Assembly: GCF_009914755.1 (NCBI RefSeq)
Contig: NC_060938.1
Length of the DNA stretch: 64,000 nucleotides
Strand: one strand, 5' to 3'
DNA from: the human T2T-CHM13v2.0 reference genome, Homo sapiens
In this document: one piece after another, positions 22,473 to 44,122 of the stretch
Numbering within the stretch: the stretch's first letter is position 1
Layout: the number at the start of each line of letters is the position of its first letter
The notes under the pieces: generated by a model
Told to the model about the DNA's origin: nothing
The model's database searches: none
What the model saw: the letters and a program-made list of their open reading frames with translations, nothing else
Translations under genes and position numbers: made by a program

Positions 22473-22607
22473 AAAAAGTAAAATAAGGCCATGCCTAGAC
22501 ATGTTTTATTTGTACCACACACAAAAGATTATCAAAACTATATAGATACATTAAATAATACTTTACAAAAGAATGATGCTATTTGATCAACTCGGCATTA
22601 AAGGTTA

Positions 22608-22763
<156 letters not shown>

Positions 22764-23752
22764 CTATCATGGAAATCATGTACAGGACACTGTATTAGAA
22801 ATTATACATTTCTTTTGTAAAAAATACCAATGCTAAATGCCATGACAAAATTCAGAAAAACAGAATGTAACAAATTGCTTTAGTGCAATAAAGTTAAGTA
22901 ACGCTCCATTTTAAATCAACTCCAGAGGCCGGGCACAGTGGCTCATGCCTGCAATCCCAGCACTTTGGGAGGCTGAGGTGAGTGGATTACTTGAGGCCAG
23001 GAGTTCGAGATCAAGCCTGGCCAACATGGTGAAACCCTGTCTCAATCTGATTAATGCTTTAAACCTAATAAAAGTTAGTATTAAACACTTAAATAATAGA
23101 CAGTCTTTGCAGAGGAAATTATACTACTCACTTATCTTAACATCCAAGAGTCAATAACAAAAGTAATCTACTTGATAAAACTTGATTTCAAAAGTATCTG
23201 CCCAATGCATACTTGCCCTTGAGAAAAGCACTCAAAGAGAAGTACCATACTTTGTACAGGAACCCTTTTCCCATGGCCACACCCAAGTCAGATATTAGTA
23301 CCTGACTCCACCTGTAGGCTAGCCAGCAATCTCTTAAAAAGACCTGGGGGGAGAACTTAGCCAACAGGAATACTTTGTAATGGACTGTAACTACATGAAC
23401 CCATTAGATTCTCTCTTGGGGAATGGAATATAAGATACAGGTATATACACAAAAAGCAGGGTATGCAGAAGCAAAAAGAGACAAAGAATAAATGCCACAT
23501 GTAATTAGTGGCTACTGTCCTGGACAATGCAATATAGAACCCTCCCATCATTGCAGAAAGAAGCAGAGACAGAAAAGCGGCAGAGTAAGAGGCATGATTG
23601 TTTTTGGGTCAACACATATGCTTATGGCATTCTGGTTCCAAGGCCTAGCTGTGAGGCTGTATGGTTTAGAAAAAAAATTTCTGTGTGTTTACTTTCTGTT
23701 AACTATAGAAACCTGAACATGTTTCTCTTCCTTAAAGACTACAGAAGCCTTA

Positions 23753-23938
<186 letters not shown>

Positions 23939-24087
23939 TCAAATTATTAGTTTATGAAATTAAGTAATTAATCTTATATTTTGGTAAGATATATAAACAA
24001 ACAGTAAAAAGGTAATACAAATAAATCACAATGAATTTAAGACTAAACAATTAAATGACAAGTCACTTAATAGTCTGTTTCTATCTA

Positions 24088-24411
<324 letters not shown>

Positions 24412-24627
24412 TCTAAACTAGGCTTGTGCACTAGTTGCTTAGTTGCTATGAAACAGTTCAAAGCTGCAAAAATTACAATAAAATTGCACCGGAAAACATA
24501 TGGAGTTTCATAACTTTACTTTGGCTAAAATTTACTGGGTGATTACCAAGTATCACTGTGCTTTGACATACATCTTTTTATTAAATTCTCGTAATAGTTG
24601 ACAAAGTAGGCACTATTATTGACACTA

Positions 24628-25182
<555 letters not shown>

Positions 25183-25607
25183 TCAGTCAGTTCCCTATAC
25201 CCTAAGGCAACTACTTTCTAGTTTTTATCAGCACAGATTAGTTCTGCCTATTCTTGAACTTCATATAAATAGAATCACATATACATATGTACTTATTTGT
25301 GACTAATATATTGTTAACAAAATAACCTAACAACATTTTTAGAGATTCATTCATGCTGCTGTGTTATCAGTATTTTGTTATCAATGTTCTTATTTTTACT
25401 GGGAGTACAACTGATAGGTCATAGGGCTGATCTACTTTTAACTTCATAAAAAGTTTTCAGCCTAATTAGTAACTTTTTATAATTTAATCATAAACATTTT
25501 AAAACAAAATATGTGTATATGTGTGATTAAAATAAATACCAATACCCATTTACCGACTTCCAAGATGAACATTAACATTTTCCCTGATTTTCTTAAATCT
25601 CTCTTAA

Positions 25608-25888
25608 TTTTTTTCTTTTTTTTTTCAGACAGTCTCACTGCAGTGGCGTGATGTCGGCTCACTGCCAACCTCTGACTTCTGGGTTCAAGCGATTCTCCCG
25701 CCTCAGCCTCCTGAGTAGCTGGGACCACAGGTGTGCACCACCACGCCCAGCTAATTTTTTGTATTTTAGTAGAGATGGGGTTTCACCATGTTGCCCAGGT
25801 TGGTCTTGAACTTCTGGGCTCAGGCAATCTGCCCACTTCAGCCTCCCAAAGTGCTGGGATTACAGGTGTGAGCCACCGCGCCTGGCCA
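25608..25888 (-). mobile_element. Alu
   Basis: Dimer. Confidence 0.87.
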
Positions 25889-26172
25889 TTTTTTTGCTTA
25901 AAAAACCTAAAACTGTTAATACCACTAATTCTTGCCCCTCCTTCCATGACTACTTTCCTGAAGCCAGTAAGAATGACTCCTAGATATGGTCTTATACTTT
26001 CACAATAATGTATGTATTCATTAATAACATACGCTATTTTTTTTTGTGTTTAAACGTTTACTTAAAAGGCATCATACTGTATGTATCCTTTTTTTTCTTT
26101 GTGTAGATGGGGTTTCACTATGTTGTCCAGGTTGGCCCTGAACTCCTGAGCTCAAGTGACCCTCCCACCTCA

Positions 26173-26574
<402 letters not shown>

Positions 26575-26905
26575 TTAACATTATGTTTTTAAGATTTACT
26601 TACAGTTGCTATATGTCTGTCATTCATTTTTCTGTTGTGTAAATAAATCAGTTTATTTTCATGTTGTTTCCATTTTTATGCTACTGAAAAGTACAACAAA
26701 CACTCCATATATCTTTTTGTGTATAATTCCAATGAAAATTCTAATAGAACTAGGCTGGCCACCATAGTGTACACCATAGTCCCAGATGCTTAGGAGGGTG
26801 AGGTGGCAGGATCACTTGAGCCCAGCTGTAGTGCACTATGATTGCTCCTGTGAACAGTCATTGTACTCCAGCCTGGGCAACCCAGCAACACCCTGTCTCT
26901 AAAAA

Positions 26906-26952
26906 CCAACCAACCAACCAACCAACCAACCAACCAACCAACCAACCAACCA
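26906..26952. repeat. (CCAA)n microsatellite
   Basis: About 11-12 tandem CCAA units derived from an Alu tail. Confidence 0.9.
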
Positions 26953-27309
26953 AATACACACACACAAAACTAGTAGAACTTTACAGGCTCATCCTAAAAT
27001 TCATATCAAAAAGTAAAAATACAATGATAGCTAAGACATTTTGGAATAACATGAAGAAGATTAAGAGCGGCTACAAAGTAACCAACCCATAAAATGCAGT
27101 ACTAGTAACTGATTAAAAATAAGAACCCTATCCCTATTTCCACACACACAAAATAAATTCCAGTTTTACCAAAGTTCAAAATGTAAAAGGCAAAACTGTA
27201 AAGCTTGTATGTCTTTATGATCTTAAGTTTAAAAATGTATGCGGCAACATACAAAAACACAAACCATAAATGACTGACTGATTACATTCTTTTAATTTTT
27301 TTTTTTTAG

Positions 27310-27558
<249 letters not shown>

Positions 27559-27593
27559 TAAAAAAAAGATTAAACAATCAGGAAGAAAACAAT

Positions 27594-28095
27594 TGTTATA
27601 AATGAATTTCTGATGCTGCAAAAGAAACAGCACTCGGATATAATTTTAATTTCCTCAGCAAGGCAATTTACTTTTGCAAAAGGGTGTCACTCGCATCAAT
27701 CAAGATCGCAAGTGCACACCAAACAAAGGAGACAAGGGGGTTTTTATATCCTAATGTGATCTGTATCTCTGTGTTCTTCCCCCATGGGCTGTGGACTGCA
27801 CAATCTGAGCTGACCCGAATGGCCACTTGTATATATTTTTCTAAATATGGAAGGGAGGGGGACGTGAGGTCCAGTGGTGGAGCATGTGGGACGTGCAGTT
27901 TCGGGAGGACAATGGGTACAGGTAACCAAAGGAACAGATGTGAGTTATCAATTAAAACTGACAGGGAGAGGGTAGGCTGTTTACAGTAAGTAGAGGCAAG
28001 GAGAAACAAGAAAGTTGAGTTTGAGAACAAAGGGTAAGGAAGTTAAAGGCTAAATCTTTTGAAGAGAAACTCAGAAAGATTCATTGTATCTTACA
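27594..28095 (-). mobile_element. Solo LTR10-like (HERV-I family) LTR
   Basis: Minus strand begins TGTAAGATACAATGAATC..GAGTTTCTCTTCAAA and ends TTATAACA. TATAAAAA at 27748-27741, ATTAAA at 27650-27645. TSD acaat/acaaa. Confidence 0.72.
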
Positions 28096-28186
28096 ACAAA
28101 ATAAATACCAAATAGCAGATGGGCAAAGATTATGACTACATTATTTATGGAAGAAACAACTTAAAGATTCTTAATCAAGGAAATAA

Positions 28187-28801
<615 letters not shown>

Positions 28802-28815
28802 TTACTGTCACTCTA

Positions 28816-29070
<255 letters not shown>

Positions 29071-29789
29071 TTAAAGGTTAATTTAAAAACAGGAAAATCT
29101 TTTATCTGCTGAAAAGGTGCTATAAAATTTTTATATCTTCCTGAAGAGGCAGACTTACCTTTGAGCATACTGGACTTGAAATGCACTGTGATATCAAGAA
29201 GGCCTGTCTGTGTAACTACACACAGAAAACTGGGGTAGAAAGAGTCAAAAATACTATCTTCAATGAGATGCATTAGGGATAACAAATATCTGGTAAATAT
29301 GATGCCACTTCTCACATTTACAATCATAATATTATATCACGGCACTCTTTCTCACTAAGCCTGGTATGGCCTAATAATCCATCTTAACATACAGCTACAG
29401 GTAGCCATCTCTTAACTGAAATACTGAATATATTTTCATTCAAATGTATCACTAAAGCTCTATAAAAAGTGTACACAAATAGATTTAATATGGATTATAG
29501 AATGTTAAAGTAAGCAACACAGTGTATAACATGCACTATCCCTTTATCTACAACTCTAAAATCCAAAAAGCTCTGAAAAAACCTAAGTTTTTGGCAAACT
29601 AATCTGGTGGAAAACTGATGAACTTATGTGAGGCCATTTAAATCTATATACACAACACAGTATAAATATTCAAACATTAATGTGTTTGATTATAGATTCT
29701 ATGGTATTGCCCCAGACTTCCCAGATATATATTGGTCAGTCATTATTTATCTTTATTGAAGAAATAATATGAGGAGGTAACAGGCTTAA

Positions 29790-30577
<788 letters not shown>

Positions 30578-30767
30578 AGACCCAGTTTATTGAATCTAGG
30601 CACAACTACTTCCTAATGAAGGTTGTGCTAAATAATGACAAAAATAAAGATTCTACAACTTTCAGGTTTAAAATACCTCTACTGGAGGAAACCCTTTTGT
30701 ACATGTTGGTTAATCTCTTAGATGAAATCTGAGATTACATACCTTCATTAAAATGGTATGTGAACTG

Positions 30768-31058
<291 letters not shown>

Positions 31059-31634
31059 TTATATGTGAACCAAGATTGGTCATGTTTGGTAACTGCTGAA
31101 GCCAGGTGATGGGTATATGTAGATTCATTATAAATACTATTAGGTCTACTTTTGCAAATGCTTAAACATTGCATAGTAAATTAAAAAATACTATAGCTTT
31201 CTCCTTTATTAGGAAAGTAAATAAGCATCTTACTGTAAGATTTCTTTATCCTTGGAAAATAAAATAACGACTACTTACTATTCAAAAATCATTCTACGAA
31301 AGAGCATTAGAAAGCATTACATGCTACAGAGTTGATAGAAGATACAAGGAGACCCAAATTTCCAATAATTCAGGATTCAATAAATGTTGATTTCCACTGG
31401 CTACTGTAAGTCTCTCTGGCTCATAAGTAGCACTGCTTAAAGTAGGAGATAATAGACTACGGAAGACTCTTTAAAATGCTTGACTAACATATTAACATAT
31501 AAATACATCACATGTTGGAATTCTTTTTGTTTAACCTTAAAAATGAACTTATTTGTAGTTCATTTTAAACAGTAAATTTCAGTTTATGGCCTAAGGTGTT
31601 TATTAACAACTTCCAAAATTCCAGTTACAAATTA

Positions 31635-31826
<192 letters not shown>

Positions 31827-31878
31827 CTAGTTTTCAAGAAATTAAAAGTTATATTTTAAAATTATAAGTATCTCCCTT

Positions 31879-32190
31879 GGCTGGGTGTGGTGGCTCATGC
31901 CTGTAATCCCAGCACTTTGGGAGGTGACGCAGGCAGATCGCTTGAGCCCAGGAGTTTGAGACAAGCCTGGGCAACATGGCAAAACTCTGTCTAAAAGAAA
32001 ATACAAAAATTAGCTGGGCATGGTAATGTGCACCTGTAGTACTAGTTACTCAGAAGGCTAAGGCAGGAGGATTGCATGAGCCCATGAGTGTGAGGCCACA
32101 GTGAGCTAGGATTGAGCCACGTATCTAGACCTCTAGATTGGGTGGCAGAGTGAGACCCCATCTCTTAAAAAACAAAAAACAAACAAAAAA
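31879..32190 (+). mobile_element. Alu (J-type)
   Basis: Dimer. Confidence 0.86.
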
Positions 32191-32580
32191 AGCCCATCTC
32201 TTAAAAAAAAAATCTCCCTTGTGAGTTCAGCAGAGCTCACTCACATTTCAAGAATCTAGTCACTGAGACTATATTGCTATTGCTTTCGAGAAATCCTATG
32301 GAAGGAGACTGATAATGATAGTCAAAAGTCAGCATTTCCAAAGGGAACGAAGTCTAAGGCTGAAGCAAGGAAATCAGTGCTAATGAGTATATAAATTAAA
32401 CATTTCTAGATGTATTAATATGGAGAAATGAAGCTATGAAATAATAAAACCCCAACAAAAATTTTGATTGTTTTGAAGACAGTGTAATTTTAATCTTAAA
32501 AACAAAACATCATTAATTCTACAATGCAAAACATTTACTCAAGCTATGGTTTTTCCAGGTGCCATGATATTTCTCTCTCG

Positions 32581-32863
32581 TTTTTTGGGATAGGATCTTG
32601 CTCTGTAGCCCAGGCTGGAATGCAGTGGTGGCATTACAGCTCATGTAGCCTTGACCTCCACAGGGGGATCCTCCCACCTCAGCCTCCTGAGTAGACAGGG
32701 CCACAGGCACATACCACCACATCTGGCTAATTTTTTATTTTTTTATAGAGAAAGGATCTCCCCGTGTTGCCCAGGCTGGTCTCAAACTCCTGAACTCAAG
32801 TGAGCCACTTGCCTGCGCCTCCCAAAGTGTTGGGATTATAGGAATGAGCCACTGTGTCCAGCT
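32581..32863 (-). mobile_element. Alu (J-type)
   Basis: Dimer; TSD gatatttctct. Confidence 0.86.
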
Positions 32864-33170
32864 GATATTTCTCTTTTTCTAAGGAAAACTTATTTTTCCT
32901 CTTCTGTGTATTTGTTTAGTTCTTGTCTCATCTCACAAAATATTTCAAGTGGCTTACAGCAAGAACACACATAGTAAAGTTATAATAAATTAGAGATTCA
33001 TACATTTAATGTAGTTCTCTGAATAGTAAAAGCACTCAACTATTTCCCAAGTACAATTAAATAAAAGAAAGTTGAAAGAACTGACTAAAATTAGTTTTTC
33101 CCACTATGCTTATAATTAATTTATTCATGCCAGTCCTGCTTTTAATTAGTTCAGGTCATCCCGGGCTAGA

Positions 33171-33470
33171 TTTTTTTTTTTTTTTTTTTTTTTTTTTGAG
33201 ATGGAGTCTCCCTCTATCGCCCAGGCTGGAGTGCAGTGGCATGATCTCAGCTCACTGCAGCCTCTGCCTCCCCCAGGTTCAAGTGATCCTCCCACCTCAG
33301 CCTCCTGAGTAGCTGGGACAACAGACACCTGCCACCACGCCTAGCTATTTTTAGTAGACTGGGTTTCACCATGTTGGCCAGGCTGGTCTCTAACTCCTGA
33401 CCTCAAGTGATCCACCTGCCTTGGCCTCCCAAAGTGCTGGGATTACAGGCGTGAGCCACTGTACCTGGCC
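33171..33470 (-). mobile_element. Alu
   Basis: Dimer with a long poly-T. Confidence 0.88.
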
Positions 33471-33544
33471 TAGGGCTGGATATTAAGTGTCTGACAACGC
33501 AGTCTGAGAAAAGCAACTGTTTAAAATTGTATATTGTATGGCTC

Positions 33545-33965
33545 TTAAGTATATGAAAAAGTGCTCAATCTCACTTGAAATACAAATCTAAACTATCCTG
33601 AGATAGACTTTTTATTGTATCGTATAGACAAAAATGTAAAAGTTTGATGACTCACAATGTTGCTGGGACTGTGGCAAAACAGGTACTTGTATAACATTGC
33701 TGGTGGAAATTTAAATGGTAAACACCTCTAATATCCATCAATTATCCATCAATTCAATTTTGGGGGAATCCATCAATTCAATTTTGGGGAATTTATCTCA
33801 CAGATATGCTTACACCCAGTGAAATGACCTATGCACAAGGTCACTCATACAGCACTATTCTAATAGCAAAAGAAAAAAACCCAATGTCCGTCAATATGGA
33901 ACTGGTTAAATAAATTATAACATATCTATATAGTGGATTATCATGCAGTTATCAAAAAGGAAGAG
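33545..33965 (+). mobile_element. Old L1 (L1M) 3' fragment
   Basis: cattgctggtggaaat...cagcactattctaatagcaaaa...aactggttaaataaattata. Confidence 0.6.
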
Positions 33966-34089
33966 TAAGTTTAAGAAGAAAAGTGTAAGCTATGATTGAC
34001 GGTAAGACAACCATAAAGAAAAAACATTGGTAAAAAAATACTAACTGGAGGACTGCTTCCCAAGATTATCTCTTAAGCTTCATCTTTTA

Positions 34090-34197
<108 letters not shown>

Positions 34198-34370
34198 TCA
34201 AGAAGTAAGACAGCACAAGTTCTCCCTCTTTTTAATGTTATTTTAAAATTATTTATTTATAACAGGTATTATGGACAGCTGTTGTTTTGTCTACCCAGTG
34301 TATCTTCCCCTGTTTTTAGATAACAACATCCCAATTTTACCTTCGGGGAACGATCTTCTCTCCCCCTTTA

Positions 34371-34674
<304 letters not shown>

Positions 34675-35026
34675 TAATCCATATTGTTGTTTTGGAGCTG
34701 ACAGCATTGCCTGGCTCCAGGGACTCATGCTGGGATAATGAAGGCTCTCAAGACTTTCACTGGGAGTACTGGGAAAGAAGCACTGTATCTTTCTGAGGCC
34801 CTGGGTGCTAAGAGAGCCATCTTGATATCACTTGGAGAGAATAAACCTGAGAATAAGTCCACTGTGGAAGAAAGCAGAGACAATTAAGAGATTCCTAATA
34901 ATAATTTTCCTTTACTGCTTGAGTTCTAATTGTATTTCTAGCACTTGCGATTGTAAGAGGGCTAAAAATATAACAGAACTCCTCTTAATTAAGTTGAATT
35001 ATAATATTTCATTCTAATATAATAGT

Positions 35027-35334
<308 letters not shown>

Positions 35335-35638
35335 TGACAGTTCTACGTAACTTTAATCCCTTCATTTTGCTTTGTCCCTAAGCATATGTTGGTATTAGCT
35401 GAACGAAGTCATGAAGACTGCTAATCAACTGATGAACTGCTCTGGTCTCCCTAACTGCTAGCCATCAGAAGTTGCTTCTGAATAATAATGAGAGATCTCC
35501 TTGGATGAATGCTGCTAGAGGATTACAAGACAGCTAATGATTTTGTTATCTTCCTTGTTCTTCTTAAATTGTTCAATGGACCAGTCAAATAATCAGTTAA
35601 AAAGATTACAAAACCAGTAATAGAAACCTGAATCCTTG

Positions 35639-35900
35639 GGCTGGGGCTGGTGGCTCATGCCTGTAGTCCCAGCACGTTGGAGGTGGAGGCAGACAGATCA
35701 CTTGAGCCCAAGAGTTTGAGACCAGCCTGCGCAACATGGTAAAACCCTGTCTTTACAAAAAAACACAAAAATTAGCCGAGCGTGGTGGCGTGTGGCTGTA
35801 GTTACAGCTACTTCAGGTTGCAGTGAGCCAAAATCATGCCACTGCACTCCAGCCTGGGCAACAGGGTAAGACCTTGTCTCAAAAACAACAACAACACAAA
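35639..35900 (+). mobile_element. Alu with an internal deletion
   Basis: Dimer; TSD agaaa(c/t)ctgaatc. Confidence 0.85.
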
Positions 35901-35979
35901 CCCCACAGAAATCTGAATCATTTCCTAAGTCTAGAAAATAAATGAAAGAGGTTATATATATTATGAAAATTAACCTTTA

Positions 35980-36564
<585 letters not shown>

Positions 36565-36923
36565 GAAAATCAACCTTTAAAGTTACAAAACACTTGTTTT
36601 TTTATTTTTGTTTTCTTTAACAGGGCCATTTTTTTTCCCCCTCTCTGGAGATGGAGGTCTCCCTATGATGCCCAGACTGGACTTGAACTTCTGGGCTCAA
36701 GTGATCTTCCTGCCTCAGCCTTCTAAGGAGCTGGGACTACAGGCATACTGCCCTGCCCAAAAGACATGTTTTATGTACTTTGCTTTTACTTGAAGCTTTA
36801 TAAAATATTAGCTGAAAGATTTCTTCTTCAAACACATGTACTTTCTATATATGGAATATACTGGTGATACGTTAGCAGAGATACCTACTCATTTACGAGG
36901 TGATATCCCAATTCGGTTCATAG

Positions 36924-37316
<393 letters not shown>

Positions 37317-37358
37317 TCATAGACTTTTTATCTGTGTGTTTAATAATAAAATTCTCTA

Positions 37359-37601
<243 letters not shown>

Positions 37602-38411
37602 TCAAAAAAATGTGCTGGAACTAAGACTTACATTAAGTGATAATTTTTCCTCCTTTAAGTACCTCTGACTTGATATACTGTTTTTGCTGTTTGTTAAATA
37701 GAGACTTTAAAGCTGGATTTAATGTACACTGCAAATACACACAAGAAAACTGTCCCAAAGCTAGTAAGTATATCCAGCTACTCAGGGCAGAATTAGCATT
37801 TTTTAAGGGTCCTAATAGTATCTTCAATAAAATTTTGTTCAGCTTTTATGATAAAAGTACATTAGTTGGTATGGAGGAGACTTTGGGCTTTGACTAATTA
37901 AGCAGAAATTTATTTTCTTTATGTCAGGTTGAAGCTAAGACATAATGTTCCTTTAAAAAAAAGTTTTATGCGGCTCTTTCTATGAACGACAATATCTTAT
38001 TTTTACATATACTGCCAAACATACAAATGGTGGGAGTATAAAAAACATTTCTAGTCGTAGAAATGATAAATGGTAATTCCTTTCATTCCTACAACACATT
38101 GTTTGGTATAACATATCTCCTGTGGAGAGATATAAGAAAATCATTTAACAGAAGAAATCACGTCTTAGTAAATGCCAACTACAACTTTAACTGAGAGCAC
38201 AGGAATCAGTTAAGTATCTACAGTATGTAAATTTTGTAACTGTAAAGTATCTAGCAAAGTGCTCATCACAAGAGACTCAATAAATGCATACTTAAAAATA
38301 ATTAAACCAGAGATACCTAATTCATACTCAGACTGGCAACAGCAACATTTTGCTTTGTAATTCTTTTGTCTGGTAAAGAATACTTCTAAGGAATTTAGAA
38401 ATATGCACTGT

Positions 38412-38746
<335 letters not shown>

Positions 38747-39224
38747 TTAAGTGAATTTAAAAAATCAGACATCAAACCATAAAGGCAAACATAAATAGGT
38801 AAAAATAATACAGTTAAACAGTAAGAGGTGGTCAAAATGGTCTTACAATCAGGTTTACTTAACACTGAGAAAGGCTCAAATGTTTTTTAGTTAATATCTA
38901 TGATACTAAAATAATCTGTAAGCAAAAACTGGCCCAAGTTACAAACCAGGAAATAATTTTTGAGAACTAGTAAATGTTCATACTATTTCCCAAGAACCAA
39001 TTATTTTCTATAAACTTAATGCATTGCACCTGCTCATTAAAGTGAATGCCAATATAAGAAGCTTAACCATTAAAAATGTATTTAAACATGAAGTGATGTG
39101 AACACGGCTCACTGCAAGCTCAAACTCCTGGGCTCAAGTGATATTCCTGCCTCAGCCTCCCCAGTAGCTGGAACTATAGGTGCATGCCACCATGCCTTGC
39201 TAATTAAAAAAATTTTTTTAATAG

Positions 39225-39347
<123 letters not shown>

Positions 39348-39435
39348 TAAAAAAATATTTTAATATTTTAAATATTAAAACCATAAGCAGACAGCATTTT
39401 TACACATATCATTTGGTGTTTTCATCACTATGTCA

Positions 39436-39759
<324 letters not shown>

Positions 39760-41354
39760 TCAAATTCAGACTAGAATTGCTCAACTATCAATTGCTACTG
39801 ATCAATCATCTTTTTAATAACATCAAATAATTAGGTCTAATAACTACATACAACTAAACAGCTGTCTAAAGGAGATGCTGTTAAGAACTGTTCCAGGTCA
39901 AAATGACCAAGCTGTTAAATTATACTCAAAGTAAAAAACAAACACAATAAAAAATATTTAAAAAAACAAACAAACACAATAGTAGATACTGAAATAATTA
40001 TCAATCCCCTGCAAGTAGATGGATGTACTTAAGGAGACTCAAAATTCTCGGGTGTGGGTGGGATACATTGGGAAGGCTGTTTTAACACTGGAGCCTTGCA
40101 TGGATTTCAGGAGGTTCCTGAATCTACTGAAATTGTCTGAAAATATTTTTCTTAGGATAGACTCATTGCTACCATTACAGTATCAAAGGTGTAATGATAG
40201 CTGGTCACTGAGTAGTGAATTATCTCCTCTACTTATTAACTGTTACACTTACAAACTGTTTAACAACTGAAAATGGAACTAATGCTATGAAACAAACCAA
40301 ACTGCTTTTCTTATATTATCCCGTATGTCAATATTTTTTTGCACGTTAGAATACCAAACATGTCACAAATAAAGTTATGGTCAAGTTAACAGAGCCTGGA
40401 AGGTGTTTTCCTGAGAAGGTATGGAGCCAAACCTCAGAAGATGAAGAATTAATGGCAAGATAAAATTGAGCAAGCTCAGGGAGTATGAATGCAAAATTTA
40501 AAAAAGATAATTGAGACACCAGGAAAATGTAATCAGTCTATGCACACATGTATTTTCTTTTTTTTTTTTTTTTGAGACAAGATCTTGCTCTGTTACACAA
40601 TCATGGCTCACTGCAGCCTCGAACACCTGGGCTCAGGCGACATTTTCTTTTAAAGAAGTCCTTGCAATTTCTTGAGTAGTGGGGAACAGAAGAGAAAATT
40701 AGAAAAATAAAATATGTAAAGCGTAATAGTTGAAACAGCCAGTGTAAACCATTGGAAGAGGGACCAATAAGAATCAAGATAGTCAGAGCAGAGAATACAA
40801 AACATTCCAGGAATTTGGTGTTAACTTTTCTCCTATCACACAATTCAGACATGAGAGCTACATTAAATTCTAAGGCTTGGGCAACTGAGTTGGGAGCACT
40901 GAAGTACAGTGGAAGGCTTGTGGATTTTAAAAGTTGTGTAGGCGTAGGACTGAATCTGTCTATGTCTTCAGGCAGGTTACCTCTCCAAGCCTATTTTCTC
41001 TTCTATAAAACAGAATAAAATTGTCTATGCATAGAATGGGTTAAAGGCTTAAATCAGATAAATTATATACAGTTCTTGGAAAATAACTGGTTTTTCTCTT
41101 CTCTCTTCCTCTCATTTATTTTCTCTCTTACTCCAAGGATACAAATTTTAAAGATTTGAATATACTTTCTCATGAACAATTATCTTGTATTACTAAAGAC
41201 ATTAGGGTAATAACAGTTTTCTAATACTACTTGAAATTAACATTATTGTATGTAGTGAAACTGGCTTGCTCAAAATGTCATAACTTTGTATAACTTTCTC
41301 TTATGGTGACTAAGTAATTTCATACGGTGCGAGGGGTGGGGTGGGTATGTATGA

Positions 41355-41718
<364 letters not shown>

Positions 41719-41964
41719 TGATGGGAACAATATACATCAAGTCACACCTTTTAGGGCATAAACAATAACTTTACTTTTTAATTTGTTTTATATAGGAAAG
41801 TCATCTAAGACAGCCAAAGGGAAAAAGAGCAGGCTTAAGTATTGGATTTATATTGTTCAAATTACAGAGAATTCTAAAACACTAGAAATACAATCTTCAT
41901 TTGAAGAAAAGCAACAATCAGACAGTCAGAATCCAGCTAGTTAGACAAGACTGATGAATTCTCA

Positions 41965-42234
<270 letters not shown>

Positions 42235-42471
42235 TTATCTAAGTAATACAGAAAACAAAACTACCATATCAGAAGCTCACACATTCAGTAGTTATTCAAA
42301 TAGTAGATAAAAATACATCTTAAAGAACTAGCCCAAATACTGTGCTTTAATCTACTGAGATCCATTTTAGTTCACACTTGAATTTTGGGATTTATGATCC
42401 TATATAGCAGTATTTTATGTAATGTCACTGAAAAAAAGTATTCATATGTTATTATTAATATGTTTTCTTAA

Positions 42472-43462
<991 letters not shown>

Positions 43463-43827
43463 CAGTATAATTATTTTCTAGTTTTAAAAAAACATAATTA
43501 AGTTTTCCTTATTCTGGTATAAAGCTTTAAAATATATTAACGTGAGAGTAAAGCTCAAACAGAAAACAAACACTATATGGAGAACACTGTTTAATTACTA
43601 CAACTAAGCTATTGTGGACTACTGAATAAACATATATCACTATACAATATTCTCACTACAAAGTAATACCTCAAAGGGGAAATACTAGCCTTGATCTAGC
43701 ATCTACTATTACCTTTAATTCTGAAAATGCCAAAAGGACAAATACATTTTCTCTTGAAGAGTTAACTCATCTAGCATTTATGAAAGCATGTAGATTTGAA
43801 AGGTTATATTATTAGTAGACTATTCTA

Positions 43828-44122
43828 TTTATTTATTGTTTTGGAGACAGAGTCTCGCTCTGTCGCCCAGGTTGGAGTACAGTGGCACAATCTCACTGCA
43901 ATCTCTGCCTCCTGAGTTCAAGCGATTCTCCTGCCTCAGCCTCTCCAGTAGCTGGGATTACAGGCATGTGCTACCATGCCCAGCTAATTTTTTTTTTTAT
44001 TACCTTGTAGAGACGAGGTTTCACCATGTTGGCCAGGCTGGTCTCGAACTCCTGACCTCAGATCCACCCGCCTCAGCCTCCCAAAGTGTTGGGATTGTAG
44101 GAGTGAGCCACTGTGCCTGGCC
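43828..44122 (-). mobile_element. Alu
   Basis: Dimer. Confidence 0.87.

Noticed and set aside
27668-28030. Overlapping ORFs on both strands
   Set aside because: They lie entirely within a solo LTR.
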